NCBI GenBank assembly: GCA_017881075.1
Contig: JADGRH010000006.1
Span: 48,154 to 112,153, forward strand
Length of the DNA stretch: 64,000 nucleotides
Direction: 5' to 3'
Source of the DNA: Minisyncoccota bacterium
Lineage (GTDB): Bacteria; Patescibacteriota; Minisyncoccia; Phycocordibacterales; CAJBRS01
Shown here: one piece after another, positions 56,405 to 64,000 of the stretch
Layout of the letters: every line of letters begins with the position of its first letter
How positions within the stretch are numbered: the first letter of the stretch is position 1
Translations under genes and position numbers: made by a program
The notes under the pieces: model-generated
Databases searched by the model: none
What the model saw: the letters and a program-made list of their open reading frames with translations, nothing else
Told to the model about the DNA's origin: nothing

Positions 56405-57417
56405 GTTCCGTAAAAAGTAAAAGTAATATTATGACTTTGATTTATGTTGTTGTTATTACCAGGTGACCATAACCCAAGAGCATTTGCCGCCGCCGGCGAC
56501 ATCTCTCCCCAACCAGTTGCCCCATTATCTCCCGCTACCGCCATTATTGATCGAGGGGGTTGGGCGGTGTTATCAGTGATCAATACCGGTGTGCCCATAG
56601 GAATACCAGAGTTGCTTGGTACGGCAACGTAAGGAACATTAAAGGCATCTAAACTATGTCCATTTGGCTGATAAGATGTACCTGATGTCCAGGTGCTGTC
56701 CCAACCAGGATTATTTCCTCCATCAGTATCCAAGGCCACATTGTTTGCCTGATGGGGCATACCATTTACCACATTCCCATTTGGATCAATAAAATAAGAA
56801 CTGCTTCCATCCACCGGATTCACACCAGTGTAGCCATTATTATAATCCGTATATGTTCCATCACTCTCGTTACGTATCTGTGCTACCCCACTATCTCCTC
56901 CAGCAAGCCCGACTGGCGTAACTCCACTCCCAGTAGGAGCTTGTCCTCGCGGATTATTCAGACTGTCAGCTGTAACATTCACTCCTCCAATATTCGGCTC
57001 GGTGTTAAGTAGTTGTGGGTTGATAGTATTTAAGAGGAGATATGCTCCCAAGGCAATCAACAATCCCCACAAAGCCGAAGTAATTTTATCCTTTCCATCC
57101 TCTTTGCCCCCAATAGCATCGGTAGACATATATTTAATACCTCCCAAGACAATCATGACAACGGCCAGACCCGTGGCAATGGCCACCCCCAGTCGGAACA
57201 AGCCATTTAAATAACCAGTTAGATTATCAGATGTAGTAGAGGGTAAATATCCTGTTATAGGAGCGAGAGGAACATACGGAGTACCACCAACTGCCGAAGC
57301 ATTGCCGGAAGCCCCGATTCCAGCGGCCGATACAATAAATGGAAGAAAAATAAATAAAAAAAGGGATAAATAAACCAAACCCGTCAACGATAATTTTTTG
57401 AATTTAGAAGGTAACAT
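56383..57417 (-). CDS. VirB2/TrbC-like T4SS pilin with long Gly/Asn/Thr-rich C-terminal extension
   Basis: Long signal-like N-terminus, then two hydrophobic segments LGVAIATGLAVVMIVLGGIKYM and ITSALWGLLIALGAYLLLNTI, matching TrbC/VirB2 topology. 344 aa is much longer than canonical pilins. Confidence 0.45.
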   Translation of the reverse strand: MLPSKFKKLSLTGLVYLSLFLFIFLPFIVSAAGIGASGNASAVGGTPYVPLAPITGYLPSTTSDNLTGYLNGLFRLGVAIATGLAVVMIVLGGIKYMSTDAIGGKEDGKDKITSALWGLLIALGAYLLLNTINPQLLNTEPNIGGVNVTADSLNNPRGQAPTGSGVTPVGLAGGDSGVAQIRNESDGTYTDYNNGYTGVNPVDGSSSYFIDPNGNVVNGMPHQANNVALDTDGGNNPGWDSTWTSGTSYQPNGHSLDAFNVPYVAVPSNSGIPMGTPVLITDNTAQPPRSIMAVAGDNGATGWGEMSPAAANALGLWSPGNNNNINQSHNITFTFYGTCSTCHQ

Positions 57418-58447
57418 TGTTGCTTAATCCAAAACTAATCATTAAATTATTCGCCGCTTCCTGAAGAAAAGTTAAATTACTCAAAACATCTGTTGAAATT
57501 AAAGATTGCCCTTCAACTATACCATCCGGTTTTCGAAAAACGACACTATTCTGATTTGCTGACAATGTGTTAATCGAACTATTATTAATAGCCCACTGGT
57601 ATTTTAGTGAGGAAGAAGACGGACTATTAGTAGAAAAATAATAAGGATAGGCGCTTAATTTGAATTCAGTCTCTTTTAGAGCAAACTGATCTCGGAGGGC
57701 GTTATTGAACAACACACCGTACAGTGGATTATTTTCATAAAGTAAAACTTGAGGATTAACAGAGCCGACCGATATCGCACCTTCTCCCACCACCTCGTTC
57801 TTTATAGAATTGGCTTTTACTGAAATATTGACCGGGTGATTCAAAACATCACCACTCACCGTCAAAGTATTTTTGCCATAGCCAGAGCGATCCCCCAAAA
57901 TTTCATCATCCTGACTCCATGTGTAGATAAGATTTTGCGGACTGATCCTTACTCCGTTTAGGACTAAATTTGGTAAAGCCACAAAAGTCAGATTTCCTTC
58001 CGGCTGGTGTAGTTTCTTTCCATTATAAAAAGGTGGAACATATGAATCGGCTTCCCAAACAAGGTCAATATTTCCAGGATTGATCACTACTCTCTTGGTG
58101 ATCTTAATCCCATTAACTGGCAAGATTAAAATAGTGATATCCGAGACTGAGCCAATTTTGCCAGTATTAAAATTATATGTAATTATACCGACTCCACTCT
58201 GCGAAACCTTGTTATTTAAAAGCCAGGAAATAGTAGCCCTGTTTAAGTCGGTGCCAAAGGCCTCTAAACTGATTGAAACGTTTTGATTAGGCCCAGGATT
58301 CTCCGGGTTTACATGCACGCTAATTTGCTCTTCAAATCCCGGAATAAGGCTGGGAATAGAGGGGATATCATATTGGGCCAAGGCGCGAGACACCAAAAAA
58401 GAGAAGAAAAAAAGGACGCTTACAATAATTAACAAAATTCTTTTCAT
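57404..58447 (-). CDS. secreted hypothetical protein
   Basis: Signal peptide, 347 aa, beta-rich. Part of the same minus-strand operon as the VirB4 genes. Confidence 0.45.
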   Translation of the reverse strand: MKRILLIIVSVLFFFSFLVSRALAQYDIPSIPSLIPGFEEQISVHVNPENPGPNQNVSISLEAFGTDLNRATISWLLNNKVSQSGVGIITYNFNTGKIGSVSDITILILPVNGIKITKRVVINPGNIDLVWEADSYVPPFYNGKKLHQPEGNLTFVALPNLVLNGVRISPQNLIYTWSQDDEILGDRSGYGKNTLTVSGDVLNHPVNISVKANSIKNEVVGEGAISVGSVNPQVLLYENNPLYGVLFNNALRDQFALKETEFKLSAYPYYFSTNSPSSSSLKYQWAINNSSINTLSANQNSVVFRKPDGIVEGQSLISTDVLSNLTFLQEAANNLMISFGLSNNVTF

Positions 58448-58497
58448 TATTTAAATTATATAACTTATAGCCAAATCTGCCACTAAGCGGCCTCGCG

Positions 58498-59055
58498 CTA
58501 ATCTTCTCTCGGTGCTCTAATGTCATTCATCGACTGTGGCCGATTATTGAAATTCGGCCGGACGATGTTGTTGGAGCCTCCTCTAACATCTTCTGTACTC
58601 ACCGATCGATTGAGATCTGGCCGCACCCTCGACTGAGTTGTTTGAGGTCGCGGACCACTTAAATTACTTCCGCCTATTTTTGAACCAGGCACTCTTGCGG
58701 CAATATTTTGCAAATTTGTTCTAACATGATTAACACTTCTGACTGTCATTATCACACTGACTGTCCAAGCGAACCAACTGGTAAAAGGAATAAAACCCAA
58801 AGCAATTCCTAACCAAAAAGACATTGCTCTTTTGGTGCTAGAAAAAGTTACTCCTTTTGTCTTAAACCAAACATAAAATGTTAAACTAGCCAGCACATTA
58901 ATCAAAAATTCAAGCATTAATCCAACACCGGTTCCTATAATGGGAATTAACATAATCAAATCAGCAATGGCTTCAAGAACGTCAAAAAAAATAGAGACAG
59001 GAATCATCAGCCATAGGGTTGCTGAAGAAATTTGGGGGTTTCGATTTGGCTCCAT
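58498..59055 (-). CDS. polytopic membrane protein, possibly T4SS-associated
   Basis: Four TM helices in the first 110 aa, polar Arg/Asn-rich C-terminal tail. Confidence 0.4.
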   Translation of the reverse strand: MEPNRNPQISSATLWLMIPVSIFFDVLEAIADLIMLIPIIGTGVGLMLEFLINVLASLTFYVWFKTKGVTFSSTKRAMSFWLGIALGFIPFTSWFAWTVSVIMTVRSVNHVRTNLQNIAARVPGSKIGGSNLSGPRPQTTQSRVRPDLNRSVSTEDVRGGSNNIVRPNFNNRPQSMNDIRAPRED

Positions 59056-59060
59056 TTCTT

Positions 59061-60878
59061 TTAGGCCTGTCCTTCCTCCAGATCTTTTCGAGCTTGTTTA
59101 ATAGCGAGAAGTTGGTGTGGGTCGGAAGTGATGATCTGGTCTTCGGTGTAGGATGCGATCACTTTAATAGCTACGTGTTTTAGTCCGGCAAAAAAGATTC
59201 CCTCTCCGACGTCTGATTCCAATAATAAATATTTTTCTTCCTCGGTCAGGTTAAAAGTTTTCTGAACGATATCAATAGAGGATGGAGATTGTTTCATCAA
59301 CATTTGAATAGAAGAGTTGGTGATAATTGGCACGCCGTACTGGGATTTCAAAAAGTCTTCAACGTCTTGAGTGATGGTGGCGAGGCCGAGATAATATTTT
59401 CGGCCTCGCTTGGCAAGACCTAAAAGAAAGGAGGCTGTGTCTTCGGATTTCATCATCCACCAGGCCTCATCAATCACCAAAAGCCGTTTTTTCAATTGTT
59501 TTCTGATGGCATTCCAAATGAAGTGGGTGACAATATACATAGCCACCGGTTTTAATTCGTCTTCCATGTCTCGAATGGAAAAGACCACGAATTTTTTATT
59601 TATATCTACATTTGTAGGACGATTGATAAATCCGGACCACGACCCCTTCGTATATTTAGTCAGTCTTTGCACTAACGATTCCCCTCCTTCCATACCGGCA
59701 AGCACCAATTCAAAGTCGGAAAGAAGCGGCGGCTCAACGTCAGCAAAGTTGGCTTCAGGAGTAATGTCTTTTAAGGCGTAAGTTTCGGTAATGGCCCGGT
59801 CAATGATGGAGTCTTCCTCCGGAGTCAGTCCTCCCAACATGATTCGAAAGAGTCCAACAAGATTGACCGTGTTTGAACGCAAAACATCTGCCTGCGATTC
59901 ATCCTCACGGGCTATCGGCAGATCAAATGGATTAATATGATTATCGGAAGTGAGGGAAATATTGAAATAACGTCCGCCGGTAGCTTCTACAAGATATTCG
60001 TACTCTCGTTCAGGGTCGATCACCAACACGTCGGTATCAAACATCAATGAGCGCAGAATTTCCAGTTTAGTGAAATATGATTTTCCCGATCCGGCTTTGG
60101 CAAAGGTGACAGAATTGTAGTTTTCCAATGAAAAACGATCAAAGAGAATTAAACTTGAGTTGTGGCGATTAATGCCGTAAAGAATTCCTTTGTCAGAAGT
60201 TAAGTCAAAAGAAATAAATGGAAAAAGACTTGATAGTGGAGAAGAATTCAGTTTTGAACGAACTTCTAAAAGATCGGTAGAAATTGGCAGAATACTTTTA
60301 TATCCCTGCTCTTGTTGAAAAAGGGCTGGCTTCACATACACAAGGCTCGCTTCCAAAATAGATTTAATTTCCGATTCGGTTTTATCCAACTCCCCCTCAT
60401 CTTCTCCGTAAATAGACATATAAAGACCTACGTCAAAAATTCTCTCCTGGGCTTGTTGAAGATTGTCCCGGAGTTGTTCAAGATCCTGATAAGCAGTATC
60501 TAAGATCGGATCACGGACAAGACCTTTTTCTTCTCGAGTGGAAATCTGGCTTTGAACTTCGGCTACCTTCTTTTGGAATTGGCGTAGGATGGTGGCAGTT
60601 TCAATTGGATGAATGAAAATAGAAATATCAAAAACCTTGTCCAAATTGATAATAGGAGCAAACCAGGAGTCTCCTAAAAATCTCGGATAAGAAATGACGA
60701 AAAAAGTGCGCACTACCTTGTCCCCCAGATTCATTTCGCGGGGGGTGATTTTTAGAGCCGATGGAGCAATAATGTCTTTCAGCTCCAAAACTCCTGCCTG
60801 GTATATCTCCTGAGGCAGAATAGAAGTAATCTTTGACAACTCCTTCTTTTTTGGTTTAAAAAGGTCTAAAAGAGCCAT
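59061..60878 (-). CDS. virB4: VirB4/TrbE-family type IV secretion ATPase, C-terminal two thirds
   Basis: Walker A FAKAGSGKSYFT, Walker B LLVIDEAWWMM, LGLATITQ motif; 605 aa. Lacks the N-terminal domain, which is encoded by the preceding ORF in another frame. Confidence 0.8.
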   Translation of the reverse strand: MALLDLFKPKKKELSKITSILPQEIYQAGVLELKDIIAPSALKITPREMNLGDKVVRTFFVISYPRFLGDSWFAPIINLDKVFDISIFIHPIETATILRQFQKKVAEVQSQISTREEKGLVRDPILDTAYQDLEQLRDNLQQAQERIFDVGLYMSIYGEDEGELDKTESEIKSILEASLVYVKPALFQQEQGYKSILPISTDLLEVRSKLNSSPLSSLFPFISFDLTSDKGILYGINRHNSSLILFDRFSLENYNSVTFAKAGSGKSYFTKLEILRSLMFDTDVLVIDPEREYEYLVEATGGRYFNISLTSDNHINPFDLPIAREDESQADVLRSNTVNLVGLFRIMLGGLTPEEDSIIDRAITETYALKDITPEANFADVEPPLLSDFELVLAGMEGGESLVQRLTKYTKGSWSGFINRPTNVDINKKFVVFSIRDMEDELKPVAMYIVTHFIWNAIRKQLKKRLLVIDEAWWMMKSEDTASFLLGLAKRGRKYYLGLATITQDVEDFLKSQYGVPIITNSSIQMLMKQSPSSIDIVQKTFNLTEEEKYLLLESDVGEGIFFAGLKHVAIKVIASYTEDQIITSDPHQLLAIKQARKDLEEGQA

Positions 60879-60894
60879 GAAAGTATTATATCAC

Positions 60895-61533
60895 TTAAGA
60901 TAGGGCTATTGGCTTCTCCGTGTCTCCCGGATTGAAGATCTTATAGAACAATTCAATCAATTCTTCGGTGCCAAGCTGGACGATACGAATGCCGCAGCGA
61001 ACCAGGCCCTGCTCTACCACATCAACTCTCTGCTCGAGTTGGGTGCGATGTTCTTCAAAATCGTGCCCAGCTTCCTCTGCCATTTCTCCTTCCGTTCTTT
61101 TCTTTTTCATAAAATTACCGAAGCCTTTTTTAGCCTGTAAAATAGCCGGAGTAAAAGGAATGACTACGAAGAAACTTTTAGACATTATATTAGAGTTGTC
61201 GGTAAAGTTTTTAATAAACTCTATGTATTCATGAGTCTGGATCTTCATCAAATCAATTGTTTGTTCTTTCTCGGTCTGCTCCAAGAGGGCAATATAAGGT
61301 CGAATATTAAGCTTTCTTGACTCAATAAAGATTTGAATGGAAAAATTTAGAGAGTTGAGAAAGTTTTGGAATTGGAAGATGATTGAAGTTTGTTCGTCTT
61401 GGGATTTAAGAGCGAAGTTCAGGGAAGAGGTCATAATAATAGAGCGAAGAGAGCCATCTTTTAAGACGATCACTCCGTCTCGGATCTCTTTGATCGGTAC
61501 AAACTCTTGAGTTGCTTTGGAAATTGTAGCCAT
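60895..61533 (-). CDS. virB4: VirB4-family N-terminal domain (separate ORF)
   Basis: FVPIKEIRDGVIVLKDGSLRSIIMTSSLNFALKSQDEQTSIIFQFQNFLNSL resembles the N-terminus of Gram-positive-type VirB4 proteins. Stop TAA at 60895-60897 is followed 16 nt later by the ATG of the ATPase ORF in the +1 frame. Confidence 0.5.
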   Translation of the reverse strand: MATISKATQEFVPIKEIRDGVIVLKDGSLRSIIMTSSLNFALKSQDEQTSIIFQFQNFLNSLNFSIQIFIESRKLNIRPYIALLEQTEKEQTIDLMKIQTHEYIEFIKNFTDNSNIMSKSFFVVIPFTPAILQAKKGFGNFMKKKRTEGEMAEEAGHDFEEHRTQLEQRVDVVEQGLVRCGIRIVQLGTEELIELFYKIFNPGDTEKPIALS

Positions 61534-61541
61534 TCCCTTAA

Positions 61542-61988
61542 TTATACACCAGTTCTTTGTTCTCTCTGAAATTTCTTGGTTTCCTGTGAGTAAATAGTAT
61601 CGTTTATATCAAGGCTCCAGGTCAGATCCTTTAGTTTGCTTTCCGATAATTTAGGAATATAGATAGGATTTATTGGTTTTATCAACTGCTCCATAGTATG
61701 AGGAGTCCTATCCACTTTTTTCCAGATATAGAGCTTGTTGCCAATAACATAACGAAAAGCCGACTCCATTATTTTTACAAAAGGGCGATTATTAACCTTA
61801 TAAAATGCTAAAGCGGCGACCAGTCCTAAGATCGGAATAATAAAAAAGAGAGCAATGATAAGAGGAAAAAATTTATAAAAAACATAAGAGAGGCCAGCTC
61901 CGCCGGCCAGATATATAAATTGCTTGAAGGTCAACGGACCAAAGATCTTGTCCTCTACTTCTATGAATTGTGGAACTTGGAATCGCAT
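61542..61988 (-). CDS. VirB3/PrgI-like small membrane protein
   Basis: 148 aa with two adjacent TM helices (FIYLAGGAGLSYVFYKFFPLIIALFFIIPILGLVAALAFY), immediately upstream of the VirB4 N-terminal-domain ORF, as in conjugative T4SS operons. Confidence 0.45.
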   Translation of the reverse strand: MRFQVPQFIEVEDKIFGPLTFKQFIYLAGGAGLSYVFYKFFPLIIALFFIIPILGLVAALAFYKVNNRPFVKIMESAFRYVIGNKLYIWKKVDRTPHTMEQLIKPINPIYIPKLSESKLKDLTWSLDINDTIYSQETKKFQREQRTGV

Positions 61989-62366
61989 TTATCTTTTGCC
62001 TCCGTGCGCTAACTCTCCGCAGAGCTTATTAACTACACCACTCTGCATAGCTATTTTATCAAATGTAGCCTGGTCAAGGTAGCCTAGATCCCTAGCAATC
62101 AGAATATAATTTTGAATTTCTCGCACTGATTTAAGGGCGAATGAATAGAATTGAACTTTTTCCTTGAAGACTTTTCGACCAAAACCTTCAACGATATTAG
62201 AAGTGATAGCCAGAGCCGATCTTTTTATCTGACTGGTCAATCCATATACCTCTGTCGGCGAAAAATTTTTAGTAGCCTGAAATATTTCCAATACCAATTG
62301 ATGTCCTTCCTGCCAGGCAGGGAGTTCTGTAAAAGATTTGATCTGACCTATTTTAATTTCACTCAT
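61989..62366 (-). CDS. four-helix-bundle protein (23S rRNA intervening-sequence protein family)
   Basis: 125 aa all-helical ORF with LTSQIKRSALAITSNIVEGFGR pattern typical of the TIGR02436 family. Confidence 0.65.
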   Translation of the reverse strand: MSEIKIGQIKSFTELPAWQEGHQLVLEIFQATKNFSPTEVYGLTSQIKRSALAITSNIVEGFGRKVFKEKVQFYSFALKSVREIQNYILIARDLGYLDQATFDKIAMQSGVVNKLCGELAHGGKR

Positions 62367-62396
62367 ATTTACCGGAGTTTAACTCCCATAATCCTT

Positions 62397-63146
62397 TTAA
62401 TTGGCTGGTTCGCGATATGGATCAACCACCGAGGATTTTACCGCCTCTGCCGGCAATTTTACACTAATCTCTTTTTTGGGTGCCGTTACCACTTTAGTCA
62501 ATTTATCATCCACAAAACTTTTCTCCTCCTTCCTAATTCCTAATTCTTGATCCCTAACACCTACTTCCTGACTCCTCTCCTTCTCCGCTCTCCTCAAATC
62601 ATCCAAATGCTTCGATTCAGTCATTACCTGCATATCTCGGTCCCTCAATTTCTCACTAATATTAGAAAGTCCACTTGAACGGATGGGCATTCTGATAGGT
62701 TGGGAAGGTTGCTCAATCTCTCGAAGCAGTGCCTCCTTGTTCGCTGAAACATCCCCCCCTTCGCCCGGATTCTTCATCGTTGGTCCAGCATTTATTCTTA
62801 CCGGCTCATCCACCTCTTCCTCCTCCCCCGCGTATGTTTCCTTTAATGAGTCTTTAATATCTTTTAAGATAGACTCATTAACGTCATCGGAAATACTTCT
62901 TGCCTCATCGCGGGTAAGTCGCAACTCTCTCTCAATATTTTCCAGGTAGTTTTTGGTTGGCTCAAGCTCAAGCATTACCAAAAATGTTTCTGTTTCCAAA
63001 GCATTAGCCTGATCAATATGAAGATTATGTTTTCTAGAAATGGTACTAAATTTTTCAGCTAGATTAGCAGAAGTAATAGCCTCCTGCACTCTTTTTGGCA
63101 GTCTGCTGTATGCTTCCTGAATTAATTTTTTTGATTCGGGGCCCAT
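62397..63146 (-). CDS. hypothetical charged protein
   Basis: 249 aa Glu/Lys/Arg-rich ORF, no recognisable domain. Confidence 0.4.
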   Translation of the reverse strand: MGPESKKLIQEAYSRLPKRVQEAITSANLAEKFSTISRKHNLHIDQANALETETFLVMLELEPTKNYLENIERELRLTRDEARSISDDVNESILKDIKDSLKETYAGEEEEVDEPVRINAGPTMKNPGEGGDVSANKEALLREIEQPSQPIRMPIRSSGLSNISEKLRDRDMQVMTESKHLDDLRRAEKERSQEVGVRDQELGIRKEEKSFVDDKLTKVVTAPKKEISVKLPAEAVKSSVVDPYREPAN

Positions 63147-63171
63147 TTTTATCGAAAATTATAACTAATCT

Positions 63172-63981
63172 TTATTTCTTACTTTCTTCAACATCATCTG
63201 CCACTCCTTTTATTTCTTCCTCTAAATGTTCAATTCCAGATTCGGTTTTCTTCTCTCCCTTTTCTAACTCATCTAAAACTTCTTTAAAATCGTCAATTCT
63301 TCTTTCTTTTTTACTCTTACTCATATCCACTCTAATCTTATTAATCTCTTGTTTTGGAGCGAAGACGCCAAGATTATAAACACTCGGCCTCTCTTTTTCT
63401 GATAGATAGGCATGCTTTCGAACATCTCCTGCATCTTTTGCATCTTGTTTGACTCGGCTAATCTTGTCCGCTGCTTTGTCCATTACTCTGCTAACTTGTT
63501 TAAATTTCTCTACGTTTGCTTTCTCTGTGTCTGACAACTTATCTATGGAACCTCTTAACTCATCGCGCTCACTGTTAATATTTCTCAAACTCCTCTCAAG
63601 TCGAGATTTATCCGCTGCTGCTTTTCTTAACTCTTCATCGGCTAAACTTTTTGCCTCAGGATCCTTATTTAAAATAGCCTGCAAGGAAGCTTCAGAGTGT
63701 TTAGTCATTCTTGCTTCTACCGCCTGTAGTGCCTTTTCATCCTTTCCAGCTTTGACGTCTATTTCATGACTTCTAACTGCAAGGGGTTTAGTTTTTTCCT
63801 TGTCCTCAAATGGAATAGCTTCTCTTTCTGCTTTTTTATCTCCTTCCTCTTTTACAGCACCAGCAATCTTTGCCAGCTCTTCGCTTGATGCCCGTGCCTG
63901 CCTCTTAGACGCTTCAATCAAAGCCTTCTCTCTTCTTTCCGTAATCTTTTCATATCCTCCCGTGCCTGCCGCTTGACCCAT
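63172..63981 (-). CDS. hypothetical coiled-coil protein
   Basis: 269 aa, heptad-like Lys/Glu/Ala-rich sequence. Confidence 0.4.
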   Translation of the reverse strand: MGQAAGTGGYEKITERREKALIEASKRQARASSEELAKIAGAVKEEGDKKAEREAIPFEDKEKTKPLAVRSHEIDVKAGKDEKALQAVEARMTKHSEASLQAILNKDPEAKSLADEELRKAAADKSRLERSLRNINSERDELRGSIDKLSDTEKANVEKFKQVSRVMDKAADKISRVKQDAKDAGDVRKHAYLSEKERPSVYNLGVFAPKQEINKIRVDMSKSKKERRIDDFKEVLDELEKGEKKTESGIEHLEEEIKGVADDVEESKK

Positions 63982-64000
63982 TCCACTCTGCTTGCCCGCA

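Overview
AT-rich (~38% GC), gene-dense window whose gene content looks like a reduced-genome bacterium of the CPR/Patescibacteria type (assignment tentative).

It contains the chromosomal origin neighbourhood: rpmH-rnpA-yidC divergent from dnaA-dnaN, with repeated DnaA-box 9-mers on both sides of dnaA.

Housekeeping genes include guaB, purA, polA, tyrS, PBP1A, ruvA/ruvB/ruvC/ruvX, mutM, rplS, rpsT, tsaE, rluA-family, cfa, clpP-like and holA-like.

A vitamin-B12 salvage/use cluster is present: an ECF S-component-like membrane protein, a DUF4430 protein, a class II ribonucleotide reductase NrdJ, and a corrinoid adenosyltransferase.

Other systems:
- a MarR-HlyD-HlyD-MFS efflux operon;
- type IV pilus genes (pilM/N/O-like, pilB);
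- a T4SS-like cluster: VirB2/TrbC-like pilin, a VirB4 ATPase split across two frames, a VirB3-like protein and secreted proteins;
- a DinJ-YafQ toxin-antitoxin pair;
- seven tRNA genes: His-GTG, Leu-GAG, Val-TAC, Arg-TCT, Ser-TGA, Arg-GCG, Lys-TTT.

The most unusual signals:
1. A conserved ~45-80 nt hairpin module, found downstream of three tRNA loci and fused to partial tRNA duplicates. It is also part of 98-bp perfect direct repeats that start at the 3' end of tRNA-Lys and bracket a 3.3-kb TrmB/aminotransferase/methyltransferase cassette.
2. A family of ~70-nt palindromic elements with an identical 27-nt core and compensating arms. One copy is inserted in-frame inside tsaE.
3. A ~60% GC gene of apparent foreign origin.
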